From NCBI GenBank assembly GCA_016207165.1, contig JACQQD010000005.1:1-64000 (forward strand): 64,000 nt of DNA. The letters run 5' to 3'. Positions 36,944-47,700 of this stretch are shown here, piece by piece. How positions within the stretch are numbered: position 1 is the first letter of the stretch; every line of letters begins with the position of its first letter. This stretch comes from Candidatus Micrarchaeota archaeon (lineage in GTDB: Archaea; Micrarchaeota; Micrarchaeia; Norongarragalinales; Norongarragalinaceae). The notes beneath the pieces were generated by a model. That model saw nothing but the letters and a program-made list of their open reading frames with translations. It ran no database searches and had not been told where the DNA came from. A program made the translations under genes and the position numbers.

Positions 36944-39706
36944 TCACTCGACGAAAATCGCGGGTTTTCCAGGCAACGCTTTTTCTTTTCGGGGATTTTG
37001 GGACTTGGACTCCTCTTCAAAAACCAGAGCCGCACCGAACTGGGATTCCAAAAAGGATTGGGCGGCACCAAGGACGCGGGCTTCGTCCACGCGCTTGAAG
37101 CGTTGGAGTTCGTAGAAGCGCTTCTTGACGTAGGATTCCATGACGCCTTCGCCGATTTTCTCCGGTGACGGAAACCCAATCAAGTCCATGAAGCGCTTTT
37201 CCTTGGATTTGGACGCGAAAATCACGGTGATTTTCTCGGGCTTCTTCTTGACAAGCTTCAACACGGTTCGGACGTCCGACACGGTGTTCAAGAGAAAATC
37301 CTCCTCGGCTTCCGCGGACAAGTCGCTCCAGGCCTCCGGTGGTTTGGGCCAGGCCGCGTGGCTCACGAAGCCTTTTCCGCCGGACTTCTGCCAATATTCT
37401 TCGGCGGCATGCGGGATCACCGGCGCCAAAAGCGAAATCCAGGGGCGAACGACTTGGGAGGCGACGTACGCTTTTTCCGCTTCGTTGGCCCGGCTCAAAA
37501 AGTGCTCCATGGCGTTGAGTAATTCAAAAAAAGCGGTTTGCGCGTAGTCGCGAAGCGCCATGGCCTCCAAATGCTGCGTGGATTGCTGGGTCAAGCGGTA
37601 AAACTTGGAGCGCGCCCAGCGGACAATGGGCGAGTCCACGGGTTTTCCCTTCAAAACCGAGAACTCGTCCCACACCGCATACAGCTTGCTGAGTCGGCGG
37701 CCGAGGGTTTCCACGTCGTTGCGTCGGAAGTCCAACGTCGCGCCCAAGTCGGCCGTGGAAATGGCGTACAACCGGAACAAGTCGGCGCCCGTCTTTTCGG
37801 CGATGTCGTTCAAAGAAACGACGTTGCCCTTGGACTTGGACATCTTGGTGCCTTCGGCGACGACCAACTCGTTCAGCGTAATGGCGTTGGGCCAGTGTTC
37901 CTCTTGAAAGCACGCCGTGTGCGCGAAGACGAAGAAACTGAGGTGGTTGGCGATGTGCGCGATGGCGGTGTGGCGTTGGTCGTTGGGATACCAGTACAAA
38001 AATTCCTGGCGCACTTTTTCCGCGGCCTCCGTCTTTTTGCCTTTACCCAAAAACACGTAGTCGAAGAATTCCTTGGACAAGTCCTGGGGCTTGAAGCCCA
38101 ATTCGCGGATTTTCTTAATCACGGTGTAAAACGCCATGTAAATCGTGGAATCGGAAAGCGATTCGATGATCCACTCGTTGTTGAACGGCAACTGCGTACC
38201 CAGGCCGCGACGTCGGGCGCAGGGGCGTTTGTCCAGCCAGTCAAACACGTCCTGGAACTGTTTCTTGTAGTTTTCCGGGTGCACGCGCAGGCGTTCCAAA
38301 GCCGCCCTGGATTTTTCCTTCCAGCCAGGCGCGTTGTAATCCAAAAACCACTGGTCCGACAAAACGGCGGCCACGACTTGCCCGCCGCACCGGCACTCCG
38401 CCGGACGCGAGGCCTCAAACACGTCCAACGCCTTTCCCTCTTTTTTCAACCAATCGGCGATTTGGTCTTTGGCTTCCGACGCCTTCACGCCGGCAAAACG
38501 CCCCGTGTTTTGAGCCATCCGGCCTTCGTAGAATTCCTTCTTGTAGAGTTCCGCCGTGGCCTTGTCCAGCTTCCCCTTTTCCTTGAGGTTGGCAATCTTC
38601 ATTTTCTCCACCAAGTCCTTCGCCGGAAACGAGGAGAAGCCATCCACGTCAATGACGGAAACGGGCCGGATTTTTTCGACGGTTTTCTTCCACGCGTCGT
38701 CTTTCTTGAGGACCTCCAACGCCACCCAGTCAAACGGCGCGTGCGCGGGCACGGAGTGAACCAAACCCGTCGCATGGTCCGCGTCGACAAACGCGCCCGG
38801 AAGAATGGGCACGGTTTGACCCAACGGCGTGATGCACGTTTTTCCCAACAAGTCCTTCCCGGAAAAAGATTGCATGACGTTCACGGCGTGGTTCTGCAAG
38901 GCGAGTTTCTTGGAGAAGGATTCCGAGACGATGAACGTCTCGCCGTCGACTTCCGCGCGCACGTAGGTCGCGTCGGGGCGGACGAACATGTTCGTGATGC
39001 CGTACACGGTGTCCGGCCGGAGCGTCGAAGAAACCAAAAACGCGTCGCCGAAGGCAAACTTGAATCCCGTGAAGCGCTGGACGTCCACGGGATTGGAGTC
39101 CCCGTCCTTGATGTCGTCCTCGCCCACGGCGTTACGGTCTTTGACGCAGTACAGAAGCGGGTAGGCCGCTTGTTTGAGGTAGCCTTTTTCCTTGAACGTG
39201 TAAAACTGCCATTCAACGAATTTGTTGTATTCCTTGTCGCCGGTGGTAAACTGGCGAGACAAGTCCAAGGAGAACCCCATCCGCCAAAAGTCGTGCACCA
39301 GTTTCTTGGAATAATAGTTGACGATGTTCCACGGATCCTTTCCAAAAGAAGCCACAATGGATTCGGCTTTCTTTCGGTCGGACTCGTACACGGACACGTA
39401 GTCGGTGTGCAACTGGATGGTGGCCGCATCGCCTTCCGCAATCTTGGAACTCACCGCCAGCACCGGCGTGCCGGTGATGTGAAACGCCATGGGCCAAAGC
39501 ACGTTGAAGCCCTGCATGCGTTTAAAGCGCGCCACCACGTCGCCCACCGCATACGTTCTACCGTGACCCACGTGAAGGGAACCCGAAACATACGGGTAAG
39601 GCACGGTGAAAAAGAATTTTTCCTTGGACGCATCCGTCTTCGGCTCAAACGCTTTCTGCTTGGCCCAGGCGTCCTGCCACTTTTTTTCCACCGACTTGAA
39701 ATCCAC
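36944..39706 (-). CDS. leuS: Leucyl-tRNA synthetase (archaeal type)
   Basis: PYPYVSGSLHVGH, TLRPDT, SVPAHAPFD, IESLSDSTIY, KMSKSKGN, KALPGKPAI. Confidence 0.97.
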   Translation of the reverse strand: MDFKSVEKKWQDAWAKQKAFEPKTDASKEKFFFTVPYPYVSGSLHVGHGRTYAVGDVVARFKRMQGFNVLWPMAFHITGTPVLAVSSKIAEGDAATIQLHTDYVSVYESDRKKAESIVASFGKDPWNIVNYYSKKLVHDFWRMGFSLDLSRQFTTGDKEYNKFVEWQFYTFKEKGYLKQAAYPLLYCVKDRNAVGEDDIKDGDSNPVDVQRFTGFKFAFGDAFLVSSTLRPDTVYGITNMFVRPDATYVRAEVDGETFIVSESFSKKLALQNHAVNVMQSFSGKDLLGKTCITPLGQTVPILPGAFVDADHATGLVHSVPAHAPFDWVALEVLKKDDAWKKTVEKIRPVSVIDVDGFSSFPAKDLVEKMKIANLKEKGKLDKATAELYKKEFYEGRMAQNTGRFAGVKASEAKDQIADWLKKEGKALDVFEASRPAECRCGGQVVAAVLSDQWFLDYNAPGWKEKSRAALERLRVHPENYKKQFQDVFDWLDKRPCARRRGLGTQLPFNNEWIIESLSDSTIYMAFYTVIKKIRELGFKPQDLSKEFFDYVFLGKGKKTEAAEKVRQEFLYWYPNDQRHTAIAHIANHLSFFVFAHTACFQEEHWPNAITLNELVVAEGTKMSKSKGNVVSLNDIAEKTGADLFRLYAISTADLGATLDFRRNDVETLGRRLSKLYAVWDEFSVLKGKPVDSPIVRWARSKFYRLTQQSTQHLEAMALRDYAQTAFFELLNAMEHFLSRANEAEKAYVASQVVRPWISLLAPVIPHAAEEYWQKSGGKGFVSHAAWPKPPEAWSDLSAEAEEDFLLNTVSDVRTVLKLVKKKPEKITVIFASKSKEKRFMDLIGFPSPEKIGEGVMESYVKKRFYELQRFKRVDEARVLGAAQSFLESQFGAALVFEEESKSQNPRKEKALPGKPAIFVE

Positions 39707-39759
39707 GATAAAACCCCTTCAACCCAAACCCTGAAAACACGCGACAGCGTAACCTGCGT

Positions 39760-40281
39760 ATGCCGAAGAAAAAGCGTATGGCCACGGACGCTTTAAAGTT
39801 TTTGGGGACGATCCTCGTTTTAAGCGGCTTCAGTTACGGCGCCCTGATTTTCACGCCCTTGGAATCGGCACTGGGCGGCTACACGGCGTACGCCACGCAA
39901 GCCGTCCTTGCATCGCTGGGCGAGAAAACCGTGCTGGTCCTGGACGCGTTCCCGCACCTGGTAGGCCCGCGCTTTGACGCGGAACTCATACCGCTTTGCT
40001 TTGGCACCCTGGAAATCGCGTTGTGGACCGGAATCGTTTTTGCGACGGAAAACCGTTCACTCAAAAGACGCTTCCAGGGATTCCTGGCGGGCCTCGCCAC
40101 GTTTTTGGCTTTCAATCCCGTCCGCATCGCTTTGACGCTATACGTGTTTGACGCGTCGGAACCCTTTGCCTCGTTTGCCGCCCATGACGTGCTGTTCCGG
40201 TTGACCCTCGTCGCCTTGTTCGTGGTGGCGTACGCCGTCTGGTACGCGTGGCCGGAACAAAGAAAAACGCCGCGAAAGTAA
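39760..40281 (+). CDS. Exosortase/archaeosortase-family protein
   Basis: LIPLCFG (Cys), FNPVRI (Arg), HDVLFR (His/Arg); multi-TM. Confidence 0.8.
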   Translation: MPKKKRMATDALKFLGTILVLSGFSYGALIFTPLESALGGYTAYATQAVLASLGEKTVLVLDAFPHLVGPRFDAELIPLCFGTLEIALWTGIVFATENRSLKRRFQGFLAGLATFLAFNPVRIALTLYVFDASEPFASFAAHDVLFRLTLVALFVVAYAVWYAWPEQRKTPRK

Positions 40282-40288
40282 CGGTTTC

Positions 40289-41701
40289 ATGCGTCCCCCC
40301 AAACGCACTCCACCGCTTAAACGGGCGTTTGTCGCCGCACCCCTGATCGGCACCATCCTTTTTTTGGCCGCCGTCCTGTTCACCGTCAACCTCTCCAAAG
40401 TCGAAGCCGCGCAAAGCGCCCGCGTCGTCAACGACGCCTACCACAACCGAATCGTTTCCTTAATCGAAATCTACCGAACGGACCTCAACTCGGTGTTCCG
40501 GGAAAGCCTGCGCCGCAACATCGAGACGTTCATCCTGCGTCCCGCGTGGCTGAACTTCGGCATCACCAACGTGCGCAACGCACGGCTTTTGTCCTACGAG
40601 GAAGTCCGCAAGACCCGCTGCGACCAAATCAACCAAGTGGCCCGCGAACTGGTCTGCTCCGTAGGCGGAAACGCACCCCAAAACTTTCAAACCGCCGATT
40701 CACTCAAGGCCTTCGGGTACGGCATTCCGGGTTGGGTGGACGTGGCCAACCGTCCGTTCTCGTTTGAAGGCGTGACATTCAAGCCAGCCAACCCCCAACA
40801 AATGAAGTTGCTCAACCCGGACACCAACGACTTGACGCAACTGCTCAACTACCAGCGCGCCTGCCAAGAGTTCGTTCAAGGAAGCCTGTTTGACTGCGAC
40901 AACTTCGCCCGAAAGTCGGGCCCCCAGGCCCTTCAATGCAAGGACCCCGACACCGGACAAGTCATTGCCGGCTGCGAAGAAGGAACGTTCTACTTGAAAA
41001 TCACTCCGGCGCCGTCCACCCCCGAAGGCGCGAAACTCTACGCCGCACTGCCCCGCATCGTGGGCGACGACGATTTCGGCAACCAAGTGCGTTCGGGCGC
41101 CATCGGCGACGAAAACTTTTTGCTGCCCATCAACATCCGCGTCTTCCGCTACGATGACGAAGCCCTGGAGTTCTACAAGCACATGGCCTTCGGCCAGAAC
41201 GGCATTGCCTACGACCGCGAACAATCAAAAGGCGGATTGTCCGACGGATTGTGCGTCGGCGGCCGCACGCCCGAGGAATGCCTGTCGGAAGGAATCCAAA
41301 ACGCGTACGGGACCGCCATGTCGCCGGGCCGACAAGACCAAGCCAAACAACGCGTGTTCAACGACTTGTACACCGGCGCGTTTACCGCCGCCAAAACCAC
41401 GCTGCCCAGACCGGGAGTGTCCGACGGCATGACGTTTTACATCCTATCGCCGGGCACCACGGCGCCGGAGGAATGCGACGACCGCTGCAAAGAAGTGTAC
41501 GGCGAAGCCACACAGGACGCCATCAAGGCGGTGCTGGAGCCGCAGACCGGACAGAACCCCACCAACCACAACGTCTACGCGTACTTTGACGACGAGAGCC
41601 TGAATTTTTACGTCATCGACGAAAAGGCGGCGTACCGCGTGCGCGGCACCAAACCCAACCAAGTCGCGTACCCCATGACGTTCAACCACATCAAGACGTG
41701 A
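40289..41701 (+). CDS. Secreted or membrane-anchored protein, possible class III signal (minor pilin/adhesin)
   Basis: LKRA|FVAAPLIGTILFLAAVLF N-terminus; paired Cys. Confidence 0.75.
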   Translation: MRPPKRTPPLKRAFVAAPLIGTILFLAAVLFTVNLSKVEAAQSARVVNDAYHNRIVSLIEIYRTDLNSVFRESLRRNIETFILRPAWLNFGITNVRNARLLSYEEVRKTRCDQINQVARELVCSVGGNAPQNFQTADSLKAFGYGIPGWVDVANRPFSFEGVTFKPANPQQMKLLNPDTNDLTQLLNYQRACQEFVQGSLFDCDNFARKSGPQALQCKDPDTGQVIAGCEEGTFYLKITPAPSTPEGAKLYAALPRIVGDDDFGNQVRSGAIGDENFLLPINIRVFRYDDEALEFYKHMAFGQNGIAYDREQSKGGLSDGLCVGGRTPEECLSEGIQNAYGTAMSPGRQDQAKQRVFNDLYTGAFTAAKTTLPRPGVSDGMTFYILSPGTTAPEECDDRCKEVYGEATQDAIKAVLEPQTGQNPTNHNVYAYFDDESLNFYVIDEKAAYRVRGTKPNQVAYPMTFNHIKT

Positions 41702-41775
41702 CGACGCGCGGCGACGGCGGTGGCCCCCTTTATATAATCCAATAAGGAAACTACAACTGGGAGAGGACAAAGACC

Positions 41776-44700
41776 GTGGCGGACCTAAAAGAACAATACG
41801 AGGCGTGGATGACGTCGCTGGAAGAAAAAGGCATCCCCCAACCCCGTCTCCTCGTCCCGCTGCTGGTCGTCGTCATCGCCGCCGGCTTGCTGTTTTACGC
41901 CGTCCCCAACCTCTTCACGCCCCAGTCCACCGTCACATTCACCGTGCAAAATGAAGAAGGCCAAGCCGTGCCCAACGCCGCCGTCGAACTCACGGCCAAC
42001 ACCGAAACAAAAACCAGCCAGACGGACGCCTTGGGCAAGGTGTCATTTACCGTGCCAGCCGACCAACGCCTCCGCGTGAAAGTCACGCACTCGAAATACG
42101 AGGAGTACATCAACAACCAATTCAGTTACACGCAAAGCCAAGTCCGGCTCCAAGCCAAGTTCGCCGCCGCCGAACAATCCTACACCGTGCAAGTCGTCTC
42201 CGACCAAGGAAGCCCGCTTCAGGACGCGTTGGTCGTGTTCAGCCTCGATGACGGAACCAGCCGCATCCAGACCACCGACGCGTTGGGCCAAGCCCAAATC
42301 AACGTGAATCTGCCCAACCACATCAGCATCAAAGTCACCAAAGAAGGCTACAAAACCGAACAGGAAAGCGTGGCCGCGTCCGACCAGTCCCCGCGCCGGG
42401 AAGTCACGCTACGGAAAATCCAGGACGAAAAACCACAGACCCGCACCGTCACGCAACTCGTGCGCGTCGAAGACCAAAACGGCAACGCCGTCGACGACGT
42501 GAGAGTCACCCTGCTTGACGAAACCACGCAAATCGCCTTTGACACGGCGTACACCGACGCCTTCGGACAAAGCCGGTTTGACGACGTGGACGCGTCCAAG
42601 CGGTTCACCGTCTCCGTGGTGGACGACCGCGAACGCTTCTCCGCGTATGCAACGCCGTTTGCCTACACGGCCAGCAACTCCGAAGCCATCACCGTCCGCT
42701 TGACGGCCGTCCAACGAGAAAAGCAACTGCAAATCACAGTCAAGGATGACAAAGCCAACAGCGTGGCGGACGCCACGGTGCGCGTATACGACCGCGCCAA
42801 GAAGCACTTCATTTCTTCCAAGGCCACCGACTCCGCCGGAAAAGCGGTGTTCCAACTGGAAGCCGAAAGCGCGTACGTGACCGTCTACAGCGAAGGCTTC
42901 CTGCCGGAAGTCTTCTTCGCCAAGAACACCGACGAAAAAACAGTGACCCTCAAATCCGCTGAAGGCGCGACTGTGCAAGTTGAAGTCACGGTTCAAAAGC
43001 AATTGGATCCCCAACCCAACGCCGACGTGCAACTGTTTAGCTCGGATGGCTTCCCGTTGGGCGTGCCGGAACAAGCCACGGGAACCGACGGCATCGCCAC
43101 CTTTCAAATCCCCCGCAAAAACCAGGGATTTTACGCCGAAGCCGCGCTGGGACTGGATTTGGGCCGAAGCGACATTGCGGTGGCATCCAACGATGCGGAA
43201 CTCTTCATCCACTTGGAATCACCCAAAGCCACCCTGAAAGTCAACGTGCGCGATGCCGGCACCAAGCAGAAAACAAGTCAAGCCGTCGTCCGGTTGGTGG
43301 ACTCTACGACGAAAGCCGAATGCACGACCACCAACGGCTCCTGCACCCTGAACGTGCCCACGGACGTTGAATTCCGCGTCCTCGTCGAGCACCCCCAGTA
43401 TTTACCATACCAGTCCGCCCTCCAATTCATTCCCGCCGGCACCCCAAACCAGGACCACGACGTGGCATTGTACCCCAAAGCGCTCACCGACGGCGCCGCG
43501 GTTTCCTTCCAGGGCTTCTTTACTTCCGAGGGACAGCGCGTGCATGAAACCGGCAACGCCCAACGCCTCGAAGCCCGCTTTGCCGTGACGCTGCCAGTAG
43601 CCAAACCCGAGGACGCCGCGCGCTTTACCGTATGGGTGGGTCAGAACGACGTGGACCAAAACAACGCCGGCATTTTGTCCGTGGACGGGCCCGACTCGTT
43701 TTACACCGGCACGACGCCGCTTCAAGCCTGCAACCCCTCGGAGAACCTCGCCGAAGACCTGGGTTTGGCGCAGTGGGCGGTTTTTGATTTCCCGAACGGC
43801 TTTTCCGGCACGCAACAAGTCATCCTGGACGTCTTCGTCAAGCCCGACGCCAAAGCGTCCGACGACGTGGTCTTGGAATACCGCTTGCACGGCATCCGCA
43901 ACAACCTGCCCGTCACGGTGCCACTGGACGCCGAAAAACTCCAAAGCCTCTTGGGCGGAACGGTGACGGACGCCGACTTCTGCGGCGCCAAAACCCAAAC
44001 GCAAAAATTGCCTATAGCCAAAGACGTGCTGACGTGCGACGAGAACCTCTGCCAGAAAGCCGTGTTTGAAACCGCCGACGGCACGCGCCTGACCAACGCC
44101 CCCGAAATCACGTTGGGGCAAACATTCACCTTGGACTTGGCCTTCGTCGGCCTTCAAAGCGGCGTGGCGCAAGTCACCGTGGACGCGCCGGAATCCGTGG
44201 ACTTGCTCTCGTTACAACCCCTAACCCCCTCTACCAACGCGAACAACTCGGAACTGGCCACCAACCGCCTGACGCTTCCCCTGGATGCCGCCGCCGGCGA
44301 AAAAGCCGAACTGCAACTGAAGGCCAAAGCCGTGCGGGCCACCCCGTTTGCCGAACTGCTGGTAACGGTACAGGACGTCGACGGATTCGAAACGGAAATC
44401 CGGAAAAACGTCCTGGTTTCCGGCACCAACCGCTTCTCCGTACAAACCAACCCCGAGGAACTGGAAGCCGGACTCCAACAACTCTTGCGCGTCACGGTCA
44501 AAGACCAACTCCAACGCCCCATCGAGGACGCCGTGGTGACGTTGTACGAATGCGACGGCGTACCTTTAAACGGCCAGGAACTGGAAATCACGGAAAACCA
44601 GAACGGCGTGTACACGCAACGCATGGAGCCTTCCTCCCTGGGAATCATCGGCGTGCGCGTGCAACACATTGAATTCAAAACATTCGACGAATGCATTCTC

Positions 44701-47700
44701 CCCGTAACCGCCACGGACTTTTTGGAAGCCGAACCCGAATCCCTGACTCTCACCGGCGACACCAAAACGGAGTCCGTCACCGAAAAAATAACGGTTTCCA
44801 GTTTAATTGACGTCAAAAGCAAGCTCTCCTCCACCATTTCTTGTAGCGACGAAAACGACGAGAAAGCATCAGCTCCCTTCACCGTCTCTCCCAAAGCGCT
44901 GACTCTTAAAGACACGGCCACCGTGGACTTGACGGCCAAGAAGACCACGTTCAAAGGCCGATGCGACGTCGTGTTCACCGCCAAAGCCAACAACGACAAC
45001 ATCGCCGCCGCCATTGTGGCGGTTCAAGTCGACTTGAAGGGCCCGCCCAAACCCGAAGAACTCTGTCCCCAAACCGCCCGCTGCCTGCCGCCATCCGACG
45101 GAAGAGAACTGCGTTGCACGGCGTCACGCCTTTTGTGCGACGATGAAACGCTGTCTTGCTTCCAATGCAACCTGGGTCCCCAAACCATTCCCTCCCAAAT
45201 CAGTTTGAGCGTGTCGAACTTCCAAAGCGACGACGTGAAAACCTTTGCCGTCGCGCTGGAAGACCAACCCGAGGAATGCCGAGTGGAAGGCTTCAAAAAC
45301 AATCCCGCCCTCTCGCCCTACGGCCCAAGCAACCCCTACAGTCAAAACCCGTTCCAGCAATACCAAAACCCGTACTACTCACCCTACCAATCCACCAACT
45401 TCAACTACTGGAATTACCAACCCAACGGCTACCAACACTACCCAACGAATCCGTTTGACGTGGCCACCCCCGAAGAGCGCCAAGGCGACTTCCAATCCCT
45501 CCTCTCCCAACTCTCGCCCTATTGCCAACGCTTTTTGCACCAATACACGCCCTACAACGCGTACCAGAACTACTACGGCACCAACTACCAAGACCCCTGG
45601 AACACGCAAGGCTCACCCTACCAATCCCAGTACCAGTATCCCCAAACCTCACAATACCAGTACTCGCAAAACCGGCCCACCGTCTCGGTGACGGCCACCT
45701 GCACGCGCACCGAAATCGTGGTATCCGCCCAGTACACCGGCGGCGACCAACAATTTGGCGCCGGCCTTGGCGGCCAACAACGCGGCATCTTGCTGGTGCG
45801 CGCCGGCGGACAAACCAAGCAAGTTCCCGTCACCGTCCAAGTCCAAACCCCCTCCCAACCCGGATTCTTCCCGCAAGGCTATCCCACCAGCCAAATCCCA
45901 CCCCAATGCCTGTACGAACTCCAGCAACTCCAACAAAAACAGCAAACCCAGGAAGAGGGTCTTGACGCCTCCGGATTGCCGGACGCCATCGACGTCTACT
46001 ACAACAAGTACACCGGAAAAGGCGGGTGGGAGCGCGAACTCAAGCCACCCCAGAACGCGCAAGACCTCCAACGCACCCAGCCGACGGGTTCCAAAGCCCG
46101 CGTGACAGTAGGGTATACCGGCAACAAGCTACGCGTGGACGTGCAATGCCCAGTTGACAAGGAAGGAGCCGTGGATTGCGGCGGAACCGCGGAATTCCAA
46201 GCCACCTGGCGCATCGGCCAAGTGCAGCAAACCCAGAAGAAACGCACCATCCGCTTCCTGGAAGACCCCTTCAGCCCGGCTGTCCTCCAACTCGTGGTGG
46301 GCCAAACCGGAAAAGACGCCGCGCAATACAGCGTGCAAGCCAACACCGACTTCAGCAAAGCCAAATGCCAAGGCGTTTCCGGCGTGACGTGCTCCGGCGA
46401 CTCCATCACCGCTACAACTTCAACCGCAATCAACAAAGACCTGGAAATCTCGGGCACCGACGACTTCGCCATCCGCTTCATCCCCGTCCGCGCCTCCACC
46501 ATCCAGAACCGCGTCGACATCAATTTGGAAGACAAACAAAGTGACGCCGTCACCATCGCTTTTCAACCCAAACTCTTAGTCGAACCCACGTGCGAACCCG
46601 ACGAAAAACTCAAAACCGTTCTGACCATCGAGAAATGCACGAAAGACGGCGTGGTTTTGAAAGCCGCGCGCCCCCCAAGCACTGAACCCGTCAGCGGCAC
46701 CATCAAATTCAGTTTCGCCGACAGCGTTCGGGCGACCACCGACAACCCGCCCTCCATTACGGTTGTTGTGACGCGGACGGAACCCAAGCGTCCAACCATT
46801 AACAGCGTGGAACCCCGCATCGCCGGCCAGGAAAGCACCATCGTCTACACGTTCCCCGACGGCTCGGACGCCGAAAAAAGCAAGATCACCGTCACCCTGA
46901 AAAAAACCGATGGAACCGACGCCGGCACCAAGGAATTCAAGAAAGCCGACGGATTGGCGCAAAGCGGGTCCATCAAGTACACGCCGCAAGTCGTGGGCAC
47001 CTTGAACGTGCAGGCCGTCACGGAAATCAACGGAAAAGAAGTCAAATCCGACGTTTTCCCCGCCGAAATCACCGTCAAAGAACAAGCGCAAACCACGGAC
47101 ACGACGACGCCCGGCAAGTCCACGGACTCCGGAATTTTGTCCAACTTGCAAGTCAGCAAGCCCAGCGGGCCAGTCCCAATGACGATCACCGCCACGTTTG
47201 CCGGCGAGAAAACGACCTGGAAGAAATACGTGTTAAGCGTGCAAGCCGATGCGTCCAACAAAATCACGCCGTTTGAAAGCCAAACCAAGGACGTCGACTT
47301 TAGTGGTACCACGTTCACGCTGAAGCTTTACCCCAACACGCCGGCGATAACTTCTGGCGCCTACGACGAAATCAAGACGCTACTTGAAAAACACGGCAAG
47401 GCCACCTTCACGCTGGAGGCGTTGGACGCCAGCAATAAGGTAATCGGGAAAAGTTCCATCGAGAAGACGGCAGCAGACCTCGGCTTTACAGCCAGCACGG
47501 CCCCGACAAGCCCCAGCGCGCCGGGAACGACGACCGGAGCGTACTTCGTCGCCGCGAGCCTGGACGCGTCCCAGCATGCAGTGGTGAGCGGCTCCGAATC
47601 GGTGGAACAAAGAATCACGATGCGATTTAACAAGGAGGCGCTGGACAAGCTCAACAGCCCGGGGTTGAAGTTTTCCATTCACTATTCGGAAGACCTCGAA

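Noticed and set aside
37538-39796. Long antisense ORFs (752 aa opposite leuS; also opposite eif2g, the platform gene and gap)
   Set aside because: Shadow ORFs caused by GC-rich codon bias; the opposite strand carries clear conserved proteins.
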